Virus record (IMG/VR): IMGVR_UViG_3300045988_133265
Reading direction: 5' to 3' (one strand)
Source: a virus
Length of the DNA: 41,363 nucleotides
The notes under the pieces are model-generated. The model was not told the origin of the DNA and made no database searches. It saw only the letters and a list, made by a program, of their open reading frames with translations. Both the position numbers and the translations under genes were made by a program. Each line of letters begins with the position of its first letter. Position 1 is the stretch's first letter. Of this stretch, positions 15,501 through 23,547 are shown piece after piece.

Positions 15501-16385
15501 ATGACTTTGGTATACGTGGCTCAGGCGGTCGACAGGGACGCGCCGCAGATCCCCGCGAGGTTCGAGGAGGTGCTGGACTGGTTGCGGCACGATTTCGTGC
15601 TGTATCGGCCCGCGAGCGCCTTCCAGGTTTCGCCGGGTGGCGTGGGCACGGACTCGTGCGTGCGTGACGTGAACATGGCGGCGCTGGATCGTGCGGACGC
15701 GCTGCTGGTTCTGCTGCCGGTGGAGGAGCCCCGGTCTTGGGGCGTCCCGGCGGAGGTTGAGCGGGCGATCATAGCGGCAAAGCCGGTGACTTTCCTGGTG
15801 ACTCGGGGGAGCCGTGTGGTGGGTGGCTGGTCGACCCAGTACGCGTCCACTGAGGTGGAGGTGATTGCGACCGAGTCCGTGCCGCTGTTGCGGGTGGTGG
15901 AGTTGGTGCGTGCGTCGTTGACTCGCAGGACTGCGCTGGTGCCTCACCGCCCTGTGGCGGATCTGCCGGTCCGTATGGATTCGGGGGCGGCGAGGCTCCC
16001 GACTCGGGGTCACGACGATGACGCGGGTCTGGACCTGTACGTGTCGGCTCTGACGACTTGCCCGCCGGGGCAGTTCGTGGACGTGCCGTGTGGCGTGGCT
16101 GTGGAGCTGCCGGCTGGCACGTGGGGGCTTCTGACTGGTCGGTCGTCGACGATGAGGCGGCGTGGTCTGCAGACGATTCAGGGGGTGATCGATTGTGGTT
16201 ATCGTGGCGAGCTTTTTGCTGGCGTGTTCAATCCGGGCACGGAGGAGGTCGTGCTTGAGGAGGGCGAGCGCGTCAGTCAGTTGATCGTGCTACCGAATCT
16301 GACGGCTGGCTTGCGCCCGGTTCTGGCGCGGGAGCTGTCGGACTCGGATCGGGGTACTGGGGGCTTCGGCTCCACCGGTCTGTGA
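15501..16385 (+). CDS. Fusion protein: N-terminal nucleoside 2-deoxyribosyltransferase/dNMP N-hydrolase-like domain plus C-terminal trimeric dUTPase
   Basis: The C-terminal half has all five dUTPase motifs: AGLDL, GRSS, GVIDCGYRGE, RVSQL and RGTGGFGSTG. The N-terminal roughly 145 aa (VYVAQAVD...DVNMAALDRADALLVLLP...SWGVPAEVERAIIAAKPVTFLV) fits the NDT/Rcl-like Rossmann pattern. Confidence 0.75.
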   Translation: MTLVYVAQAVDRDAPQIPARFEEVLDWLRHDFVLYRPASAFQVSPGGVGTDSCVRDVNMAALDRADALLVLLPVEEPRSWGVPAEVERAIIAAKPVTFLVTRGSRVVGGWSTQYASTEVEVIATESVPLLRVVELVRASLTRRTALVPHRPVADLPVRMDSGAARLPTRGHDDDAGLDLYVSALTTCPPGQFVDVPCGVAVELPAGTWGLLTGRSSTMRRRGLQTIQGVIDCGYRGELFAGVFNPGTEEVVLEEGERVSQLIVLPNLTAGLRPVLARELSDSDRGTGGFGSTGL

Positions 16386-16392
16386 TTTGTTT

Positions 16393-16430
16393 CACGTGGG
16401 CGTTGGGTTGTGTGACCTGACGCCCACGTG
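16393..16430 (+). terminator. Hairpin (11-bp stem) after the dUTPase-fusion gene, overlapping the next promoter motif
   Basis: cacgtgggcgt (16393..16403) is the reverse complement of acgcccacgtg (16420..16430), with a 16-nt loop. Confidence 0.4.
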
Positions 16431-16437
16431 ATAAACT
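16408..16437 (+). promoter_or_regulatory. Candidate promoter TTGTGT-N18-TAAACT with extended -10 (CGTGATAAACT)
   Basis: The motif CGTGATAAACT lies at 16427..16437. It is followed by the palindrome gataaacttgttttatc. Confidence 0.4.
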
Positions 16438-16484
16438 TGTTTTATCAACGGGGGAAAGGCCCCCGGGGATAGGAGACACAAGCC

Positions 16485-16628
16485 ATGATCACCAAGACCG
16501 ACCTGGACCGGGTCCTCAGCGAGCACTTCGGCCACGAGGGAGACAGCCTGACTGACCTGGGGATCGGCTACCGCGCCTACAGCGCCGAGTCCGACACCTA
16601 CTGGGCGACATGGTCTACGCTACGATGA
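16485..16628 (+). CDS. Small hypothetical protein (47 aa, below ORF-track cutoff)
   Basis: The ATG at 16485 is preceded by the consensus leader AGGAGACACAAGCC. My translation is MITKTDLDRVLSEHFGHEGDSLTDLGIGYRAYSAESDTYWATWSTLR*. A further 30-aa ORF (16625..16717) follows with an ATGA overlap. Confidence 0.45.
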   Translation: MITKTDLDRVLSEHFGHEGDSLTDLGIGYRAYSAESDTYWATWSTLR

Positions 16629-16781
16629 CCGACAGCACGTGGACCGAGGTCAAGCACGGGCGGACCGCGGACGACGCGGACGACCTGGGGACCTTCCTCG
16701 AGTTCATGCTTTCCTGACCACCCACCGCCGGGGGCGGGCGCCACCGCCCCCCGGCACAACACAGAAACGGAGACACAAACC

Positions 16782-17129
16782 ATGCCGGCAATTACGATGA
16801 CACAGAACAAGACCGGGCGGGTGCTGCGCACGCCGCTGGCGGGCCGGATCCTGGCGGGCTGGCTCATGCGTTACTACGCCGGGGACGCCGAGGTCGAGCT
16901 GGACTACATGGACTCCCGGTTCACGGTCGACGACGGGACCGCCCGGGTCGTAATCTGGTTCGAGTCCGGTGAGGTCACGGGCTACAAGGGCTGGACCGTG
17001 GACGTGTGGGACGCGGTCAGCGAGGCCCCGCGGTTCCTGCAGCAGTACCGCGTGGAGTACACGGGCCAGATCGCCGCGATCATCGGCGCCTACGGCGCGC
17101 TGAAAGGAGGAACCGGCCATGTCGCGTGA
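16782..17129 (+). CDS. Hypothetical protein
   Basis: 115-aa ORF preceded by the consensus leader CGGAGACACAAACC-ATG. Confidence 0.6.
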   Translation: MPAITMTQNKTGRVLRTPLAGRILAGWLMRYYAGDAEVELDYMDSRFTVDDGTARVVIWFESGEVTGYKGWTVDVWDAVSEAPRFLQQYRVEYTGQIAAIIGAYGALKGGTGHVA

Positions 17130-17340
17130 ACCGAGACAGGACGACCGGATCGTGTTCTTTATCGCCCGGCACGGCTACGCGGCCGTCGTGGCTCTCGTGT
17201 TCGTCGCGATCACGATCATCGCGCTCCTGGGCCTGTCGCTGGGCGCCTGGGCCGCCTCGGGCTCGCCCAAGCCGTTCATCCTGGCCCTCGGGTTCGCGGG
17301 CGTGATCTACTGGCTCTGGTTCAGCGACCAGAGCGAGTGA
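17119..17340 (+). CDS. Small membrane protein (two predicted TM helices)
   Basis: 73 aa with an AGGAGG RBS. The hydrophobic stretches are AAVVALVFVAITIIALLGLSLGAWA and FILALGFAGVIYWLWF. Confidence 0.6.
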   Translation: MSREPRQDDRIVFFIARHGYAAVVALVFVAITIIALLGLSLGAWAASGSPKPFILALGFAGVIYWLWFSDQSE

Positions 17341-17372
17341 ACAAAACAAACAACACACGGAGGAGACAAGCC

Positions 17373-17912
17373 ATGGGCTTCCCCACAGACAAAGCCATAA
17401 AGACCTGGGAGCACGCCGGGCTGCAGTGCGCGATCGCGCCAGCCGGCTGCAACCCGAACGGCGGGACCGCCTACAACGGGTACGTGCGAGTCCCACAGGG
17501 TAGCGACTGGCACGGCCGCAACTACGACACGATCAACCAGATCATGTGGGACAACGAGGGCGACTGGCCCGAGTCCGCCCGGCTCGTGGGCGGCGCCAGC
17601 GAACTGACCTACAACAACCGAGACGGCTGGATCGGGTTCGACACGCTCCACGCGGGCGACCGCTGGCCCGAGGACATGCTCGACCCGATTGGCATGTCGA
17701 CCGGCCCGTACGAGACCGCCTGGACCATGGACCGACTGCAGGACGCCGTCAACGCCTGGGCCGAGATCGTTGCCCACCGCAGCCCCCTGTGGTGGCTCCT
17801 GGACCACTATAGCAAGGCGTTCGAGGACGCGATCCAGACTGCCGGCACCCACATGAAGCAATTGGCCGCGGTCGCCCAGCGGATCGCCGAGATCGCCGGG
17901 AGCACGCGATGA
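17373..17912 (+). CDS. Hypothetical protein
   Basis: Internal ATG of track ORF 17337..17912, preceded by GGAGGAGACAAGCC. Notable sequence is NGYVRVP...WIGFDTLHAGD. No function is assigned. Confidence 0.6.
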   Translation: MGFPTDKAIKTWEHAGLQCAIAPAGCNPNGGTAYNGYVRVPQGSDWHGRNYDTINQIMWDNEGDWPESARLVGGASELTYNNRDGWIGFDTLHAGDRWPEDMLDPIGMSTGPYETAWTMDRLQDAVNAWAEIVAHRSPLWWLLDHYSKAFEDAIQTAGTHMKQLAAVAQRIAEIAGSTR

Positions 17913-18445
17913 GCCACACGACCAACCAGCCACAGATGACCAGGAAGAAAGCCCGCGAGCTGATGCCCGGAGACTACGCGATCACGAGCGGGCAGATCGA
18001 CAGGATCCTCAGCGTGGAGCGCCAGTTCAGCAGCAACGGGACCGAGCGGGTGCACGCCGAGATCACGACCTTCGACGGCTACGCCGCCCAGGCCGACTGG
18101 GACGGGAATCAGGAGTTCTGGTGCGTGGACACGCGGACCAACTGGCCGACCGCCCGCCTGATCATCGTGTTCCGCGCTCACGAGCGGAACCTCGAGCCCG
18201 CCGTGCTCGCCCTGCGCTTGCGCGACGGGGACTACGAGGTGATCGCCGCCCACGAGGACTCGCCGCTGGCGGTCGGCACGGTCCTGCGCTCCCAGGACGG
18301 GCCGATCTACTGGCACGACGCCGCGTGGCTCCCGGTCGCCCACGTGAACGCCCTGTCCCGCGTGGACGACAGCGACCACAGCGACCTGGCCGGGCGGGCC
18401 CGGCTGATCGCCTCCTGGTACCGAGTGAACAGGCTGGTCTCATGA
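17909..18445 (+). CDS. Hypothetical protein
   Basis: 178-aa ORF with an ATGA overlap with the upstream gene. Confidence 0.6.
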   Translation: MSHTTNQPQMTRKKARELMPGDYAITSGQIDRILSVERQFSSNGTERVHAEITTFDGYAAQADWDGNQEFWCVDTRTNWPTARLIIVFRAHERNLEPAVLALRLRDGDYEVIAAHEDSPLAVGTVLRSQDGPIYWHDAAWLPVAHVNALSRVDDSDHSDLAGRARLIASWYRVNRLVS

Positions 18446-19830
18446 GCCGCCCGCCCATGCTGGAGCACCAGCGGTTCGCGGTCGACTGGCTGCAGCACGT
18501 GAACCGCGGGCTGCTGGGGGACGAGCCGGGACTGGGCAAGACTCGGACCGCGATAGAGGCGTACGGCGGTGGGGACCGGGTCCTGGTGATCGCGCCCGCT
18601 CTGATCCTGAACTCCGGGACCTGGCAGGCGGAGGTCGCCAAGTGGGCGGACCGGCCCGAGGTCTTCACCTTCGCCCCCTACAGCCGGCTGAACGCCCGGG
18701 AGCGGACTGAGCGCGGCGGTACCCGCCCGATTGCTCGCCCCCGACCCGAGTTCGACCAGCCGTGGGACGCGGTCATAATCGACGAGGCTCACTACATAAA
18801 GGGCCGCAAGACCTCGTGGACTGGGGCCACCGAACAGATCACCCAGCGGGCGGACTGCGTGCTCGCCATGACTGGCACGCCGGTCCCCAACTGGGGCTAC
18901 GAGCTGTTCACGCTGCTGCGGTTGCTCCACCCGGACGAGGCCGCCCCGGGTAGGCGCTATGGCTCCTACTGGCGCTGGGCGCTGTCGTGGTTCCGTAACG
19001 AGCCGACCCGGTTCCAGCGTTATAACCTGACGGGGCTGCGGGCCTGCACCCCGGCGTGCGACCTGGTGAACCGGACTGGGACGTGCGAGCACTACGCCGA
19101 GTTCATCCGGGAGAACCTGGACGGGAAGTTCCTGAGGCGTGAGCGCTCCGAGGTCCTGACCGATCTGCCGCCGCTGACGGAGACGGTCGTGGAGACCCCG
19201 ATGGACGCGGCGGGCCGCCGGGCCTACCGGGACCTGCGTGCCGAGTGGCTGACGCAGGTCGGTGATTCCCAGGTGGTGGCCTGGACGCCCGGTTCACGTA
19301 CGGACCTGCTGGACCTGATCACGGTCAGCCCATGGTTACTGAACCCGGACGGGCCGCCCGCGGGCGGGAAGTTCGACCAGCTCGCCTACGACCTGCAGTC
19401 CCGTACCCGCCCGGTCGTGGTCTTCGCCCACCACAGGCAGGTGGTCCAGGCGTGCGCCGATCTGGCGCAGTCGCTGGGCCGCCCCGCCCGGGCGGTGCAC
19501 GGGGGTAACTCGGCGGAGGAGAACGGCCAGGCGGTCCGGGACTTCCTGGACGGGCGCGTGGACGTGCTCGTAGGCTCTCTGTCGGTCATGGCGGAGGGCC
19601 TGACTCTGACGCGGGCGGACACGCTGATCTTCGTGGAGAAGAGCCACCGCCCGGCGGTGAACGAACAGGCGATGCGTCGCGTGCACCGCATGGGTCAGAC
19701 CCGGCCGGTCACGGTCCTGGACTACGTGACTCCACGGAGTCTGGACCTACGTAAGCGCTCGCGACTTGCGAGCAAGATCGAGCACGCGGGCCACATGCTG
19801 GACGCGGAGATTCTTAGGGAGCTGGTATGA
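18442..19830 (+). CDS. SNF2/DEAD-box family helicase
   Basis: The ATG at 18442 makes an ATGA overlap. Motifs seen are motif I LGDEPGLGKT, motif II IIDEAHYIKG and motif III MTGTP. The C-terminal helicase lobe carries VLVGSLSVMAEGLTL...RVHRMGQTRPV. Confidence 0.85.
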   Translation: MSRPPMLEHQRFAVDWLQHVNRGLLGDEPGLGKTRTAIEAYGGGDRVLVIAPALILNSGTWQAEVAKWADRPEVFTFAPYSRLNARERTERGGTRPIARPRPEFDQPWDAVIIDEAHYIKGRKTSWTGATEQITQRADCVLAMTGTPVPNWGYELFTLLRLLHPDEAAPGRRYGSYWRWALSWFRNEPTRFQRYNLTGLRACTPACDLVNRTGTCEHYAEFIRENLDGKFLRRERSEVLTDLPPLTETVVETPMDAAGRRAYRDLRAEWLTQVGDSQVVAWTPGSRTDLLDLITVSPWLLNPDGPPAGGKFDQLAYDLQSRTRPVVVFAHHRQVVQACADLAQSLGRPARAVHGGNSAEENGQAVRDFLDGRVDVLVGSLSVMAEGLTLTRADTLIFVEKSHRPAVNEQAMRRVHRMGQTRPVTVLDYVTPRSLDLRKRSRLASKIEHAGHMLDAEILRELV

Positions 19831-20267
19831 GCGAGTCGATCTGGTACAGCGTGGACCCGGGCTCGGTCCACACGGGCGTGTGCACGTGGGACGGCGTTCA
19901 GGTCGTGGAGTCGCGTGAGCTGCGGCCGCAGGAGTTCACTGAGTGGGTGAGCGCCATGATTATCGCGGCTTTGACTGGGGGCGGCCGTCCCCAGCGGGTC
20001 GTGGCTGAGGAGTTCCGGCTGGAACCGGCTCGAGCCACGGCGCTGGCGGGTTCGACGCTGGGCGTGGTGCGCCAGCTGGGGGCGCTGGAACTGTTCTGCT
20101 GGCTGTCGTCCACGCCGTTGGTGCTGCAGCCGAACAAGATTCTGAACCCGGCTAAGGGGCTCGCCCGCGCCCGCGGCTGGGCGTACCACACACGGGACGG
20201 CTCGGAGCACGCTCGGGACGCCGAGCGCCACGGTCTGTACTTCCTTATCAAGGAGGGACTGGTCTAA
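19827..20267 (+). CDS. RuvC-like Holliday junction resolvase
   Basis: Notable sequences are WYSVDPGSVHTGVCTW, VAEEFRLEP and EHARDAERHGLYF. These are acidic catalytic residues in the RuvC-like order. Confidence 0.65.
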   Translation: MSESIWYSVDPGSVHTGVCTWDGVQVVESRELRPQEFTEWVSAMIIAALTGGGRPQRVVAEEFRLEPARATALAGSTLGVVRQLGALELFCWLSSTPLVLQPNKILNPAKGLARARGWAYHTRDGSEHARDAERHGLYFLIKEGLV

Positions 20268-20482
20268 TGGCGACGCTTATAAACGCCTCGGGCCACGAGG
20301 CGCAGCTGGTGAGCGGCGAGACGGTCTCGCTCGAGTGGATCACAGTGGGTGCTTTCGTAACGAACGTGTCGTGGAAGCAGGACGGTCGGCACGTGTTCGG
20401 CACGTCCCAGGACGTGGTCCTGCCAGAGTCGCTCGCCAGCCGCGTTACGCGTGCCGAGCGTCACACCCGGCGGAGGGTTTGA
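20267..20482 (+). CDS. Hypothetical protein
   Basis: 71-aa ORF with a TAATG overlap with the upstream stop. Confidence 0.5.
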   Translation: MATLINASGHEAQLVSGETVSLEWITVGAFVTNVSWKQDGRHVFGTSQDVVLPESLASRVTRAERHTRRRV

Positions 20483-20507
20483 CGGACTCCGCTCCACGTG
20501 ATAAACT
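20479..20507 (+). promoter_or_regulatory. Candidate promoter TTGACG-N17-TAAACT with extended -10 (CGTGATAAACT)
   Basis: The motif lies at 20497..20507, with the -35 at 20479..20484. A leader follows that carries the AGGAGACACAAACC RBS. Confidence 0.5.
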
Positions 20508-20541
20508 TGAACTACAACAACACGGAAAGGAGACACAAACC

Positions 20542-20964
20542 GTGAGAACCTACCGAATCCGACCGACCTCGGTCGCCGAACTCGAGGACGACGACGTCGT
20601 CATCGGCCACGACGGAAAGCCCACCCTGTGGCGCAACCACCCGGAGCGGCTCGTCATGCAGGACGAGTCCCCCTGGCGCTACCCCGTGGTGGTCGACCCG
20701 CTGGACCTGTGGCCCACCGAGGAACTGATCTGGATCCACGAGGGCCTGCACGACCGCAAGCCCGTCCAGGGCGTCATGGCGATCCGCAGCGTCGCCACCA
20801 CCGACCACACGCGCCACCTGTACACGCTGCTGGACCGTGGGACGATCAGCCCCGAGGTCGGAGCCGACCGGGACTGCGTCTACAGTTACGAGCCCGTGCC
20901 GTGCGCCCTGCCGATCGGTCGCAACAAGGACAACCCGGACGACCTGGTCTACACAATCAATTGA
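20542..20964 (+). CDS. Hypothetical protein
   Basis: A GTG start follows the consensus leader AGGAGACACAAACC. This is the C-terminal 140 aa of track ORF 20335..20964. Confidence 0.55.
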   Translation: MRTYRIRPTSVAELEDDDVVIGHDGKPTLWRNHPERLVMQDESPWRYPVVVDPLDLWPTEELIWIHEGLHDRKPVQGVMAIRSVATTDHTRHLYTLLDRGTISPEVGADRDCVYSYEPVPCALPIGRNKDNPDDLVYTIN

Positions 20965-20976
20965 GGAGACACGACC

Positions 20977-22596
20977 ATGACCGACGACAACGAGTTCCGA
21001 GTCAAGCGAACCAAGCGCAGCGACCTCGAGCCCAGCGACTGGCTACTCACGCCCGAGGGCAAGCCGTTGCGTGCCCGCTACATGCCGCGCACCGCCGAGG
21101 ATGACCCGCAGGTCCTGCGGTTGCTGGGTTACCAACCGCCCCGCCCCAGCGCGCCCGTGATCCGCGTCGACCGCGGGATCCAGACCCGTGGGGACCACGT
21201 GGGCGACTCCCTGGTCGGGAGGATCCTGGCCGCCGGGCCGAACTCGACCGCCGGGTACCCGATCTACTGGGAGATTGGGACGCCCGTGGTGTACGACACG
21301 CGGGAGGGTAGCGCCCACGAGATCGACGAGTGGACCGAGTTGCGGATCGTGGAATCCGACCAGGTCACCCGGTGGATTCGCACGCAGGAGGCGTACGACG
21401 CCCAGTTGGACGAGCGCCTCGGGATCGACACGGACAGCCACGCCGAAGACTTCCACACCGGCTGGCCCGACCACGACGGCGACATCTGGGTCCTGGACGG
21501 CGAACTCAACGGCGTGACGGTCGACGAGCCGATCCGCTGCTGCCGCGCGGGGGCCGCCCACGACCACCCCACCTACCGGTGCCCCGACGGCTCGTTCGTG
21601 TACAGCTGCGACCAGATCAACAGCTGGCGCCCCGCCGTCGACGGCGACCCCGGGGAGTGGCCGACTCTGGACTACCCGCGGATCGTCGTGATCGGCGGAC
21701 TCCTGGACGACGCCCAGGTCCGATACATGATCGCCGACCGCAAGACCGGACCCGACGACGAGGTCCAGTGGGAGGCGCAAAACCTGACGGGCGACCGGGT
21801 CGGCACGTTCTGGGAGGGCTTCGACCGGATCGACGACTGGGTCCGCTGGGTGCCCGTCGCCAGCCCCTACTGGCCCACCGCCCAGCGAATCATGATCCTG
21901 GCGGGCCGGATCGGGGTCAACACGGTCAAGACCGCGCAGGTGGCTGAGCGCGTCGACTACAAGCCCGGCGACCTCGAGCCGGAGACCTACCCGCGCTACC
22001 GGATCACGCACGGCACGCACGCCGGTGCGGTCCTGTGGGAGGGCGGAAGCGCCGTCGGCTCCTACGTCGTGCTTGAGGAGGGGACCAAGCCGGTCACGCC
22101 CCCGGCCCGCCCCGCCTGGCCTGCCGAGGAGCGGATCCTCGTGCGCAAGGCCCGCCTGGACGGCTTCGAGGTTGAGGACCTGATCGGGACACGGATTGAC
22201 CACCCGAGCGGTGAGCGTGTCACGTCGTACCCGCGGTACGGGCTGCACGACCTGGACGGGGAGCCCGCGGGCGAGTTGTGGAGGGACCAGCCCGAGGACG
22301 TCGACCAGGTCATCGACTGGGTCCCCTGCCCGATCCGTGAGGGCATCACCGAGTGGCCGACCGCGAAGCGGATCCAGGTCCTGGCGGGGACGATCGACAA
22401 CGAGCGGATCACCGCCCCGGTGGTCGCCGAGCGGGTCGACTGGCACGACGGCGCTTTCAGTAAGCGGGAGTGCTTCCCCAAGTACCGGATCGTCCAGGGG
22501 ACCGCGCCCGTGGGAGCGACCGACTCCTTCTACAACAACTACGACTCCGACCGGATCACCCGGTACGCGGTCCTGGAAGAGGGCGACGATGACTGA
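20977..22596 (+). CDS. Large hypothetical protein with four tandem modules of about 75 aa
   Basis: 539 aa. Modules beginning (E/Y/A)WP(T/A)..RI recur four times in the C-terminal 310 aa. Examples are WPTAQRIMILAGRIGVNTVKTAQVAERVDY...YPRYRI and WPTAKRIQVLAGTIDNERITAPVVAERVDW...FPKYRI. Confidence 0.7.
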   Translation: MTDDNEFRVKRTKRSDLEPSDWLLTPEGKPLRARYMPRTAEDDPQVLRLLGYQPPRPSAPVIRVDRGIQTRGDHVGDSLVGRILAAGPNSTAGYPIYWEIGTPVVYDTREGSAHEIDEWTELRIVESDQVTRWIRTQEAYDAQLDERLGIDTDSHAEDFHTGWPDHDGDIWVLDGELNGVTVDEPIRCCRAGAAHDHPTYRCPDGSFVYSCDQINSWRPAVDGDPGEWPTLDYPRIVVIGGLLDDAQVRYMIADRKTGPDDEVQWEAQNLTGDRVGTFWEGFDRIDDWVRWVPVASPYWPTAQRIMILAGRIGVNTVKTAQVAERVDYKPGDLEPETYPRYRITHGTHAGAVLWEGGSAVGSYVVLEEGTKPVTPPARPAWPAEERILVRKARLDGFEVEDLIGTRIDHPSGERVTSYPRYGLHDLDGEPAGELWRDQPEDVDQVIDWVPCPIREGITEWPTAKRIQVLAGTIDNERITAPVVAERVDWHDGAFSKRECFPKYRIVQGTAPVGATDSFYNNYDSDRITRYAVLEEGDDD

Positions 22597-23527
22597 CCAG
22601 GTGGTCGTCTCCTACAGCGAGCTGGACGCCTACAGGCAGTGCCCGCTCAAGCACCAGCTCGCGTACGTACAGCGATGGACCCGCCCGGCCCAGCCGGGCG
22701 GGGCCCTCGCCCGCGGCTCCCTGTGGCACGCAGTCATGGAGACCCACTACCGGGCGCTGGCCGACCGACGGACCCGCGAGCGCGTCTACCAGGAGGGGCT
22801 GGACGCCGTGATCCGGCCCCTGATCGACCCATGCCTGTCGGACGGCTCAGGCCACCGCACCGAGGACCAGGAACTGATCGCCTGGATCTACGACGGCTAC
22901 GTGGAGGCGTACGACATGGACGCCCAGTGGCTGCCGCTCTACGTGGAGGAGAAGTTCGAGGTTCCGCTACCTGACGCCTTCGGTCGCGACAGCCGCTACC
23001 GGCTCAAGCTCCGCGTCGACCTGATCGTCCTGGACATACGGACTAACTGCGTGTGGATCGTGGATCACAAGTCCGGCGCGGCGCTACCCACGCAGATGGC
23101 GCTCGAGATCGACGACCAGTTCGGGCTCTACCAGTGGGCGATCAACCGGCTGGCGGGCTCCGGTCAGATCGACCTGGGCGGTCGCCCGATCATGGGGACG
23201 ATCCACAACGCGGCAAAGACTAAGCAGAACGTCGGAGACAAGCCCGGCGGGCGGGGCAGGCCCCAGAGCCTGGACCAGCGGTTCCACCGGACTTTTATGA
23301 ACCGAACCGCGGCCGAGCTGGAGAACCTCGCCTACGACGCCTACTGCACGGCGTACAACGCGTACCCACCCAAGTCCAGGACCCGACCGATCTACTCGAG
23401 CCCGGACCCGCGGACCTGTTCGTGGAAGTGCGACTTCAAGGAGGCGCACGTCGCGGCCCGGACCAGCGGCGACATAGTCGACGCGGTCCAGCGGTTCGGG
23501 TTCGCCCAAGACTTCACACGTCACTGA
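22589..23527 (+). CDS. Cas4/RecB-family PD-(D/E)XK exonuclease
   Basis: The ATG at 22589 overlaps the upstream gene end. The N-terminus is YSELDAYRQCPLKH, the core is VDLIVLD...IVDHKSG, and C-terminal Cys residues occur in YCTAY...RTCSWKCDF (a Fe-S-like cluster). Confidence 0.7.
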   Translation: MTDQVVVSYSELDAYRQCPLKHQLAYVQRWTRPAQPGGALARGSLWHAVMETHYRALADRRTRERVYQEGLDAVIRPLIDPCLSDGSGHRTEDQELIAWIYDGYVEAYDMDAQWLPLYVEEKFEVPLPDAFGRDSRYRLKLRVDLIVLDIRTNCVWIVDHKSGAALPTQMALEIDDQFGLYQWAINRLAGSGQIDLGGRPIMGTIHNAAKTKQNVGDKPGGRGRPQSLDQRFHRTFMNRTAAELENLAYDAYCTAYNAYPPKSRTRPIYSSPDPRTCSWKCDFKEAHVAARTSGDIVDAVQRFGFAQDFTRH

Positions 23528-23547
23528 TTAGAAGAGAGGAAACAACC

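Noticed and set aside
15501-16385. The dUTPase domain read as a disguised dATPase that replaces DatZ.
   Set aside because: All five dUTPase motifs, including the sugar/base-discriminating GYRGE hairpin region, look canonical. Nothing in the sequence indicates a changed specificity. The idea is kept only as a testable hypothesis in the findings.
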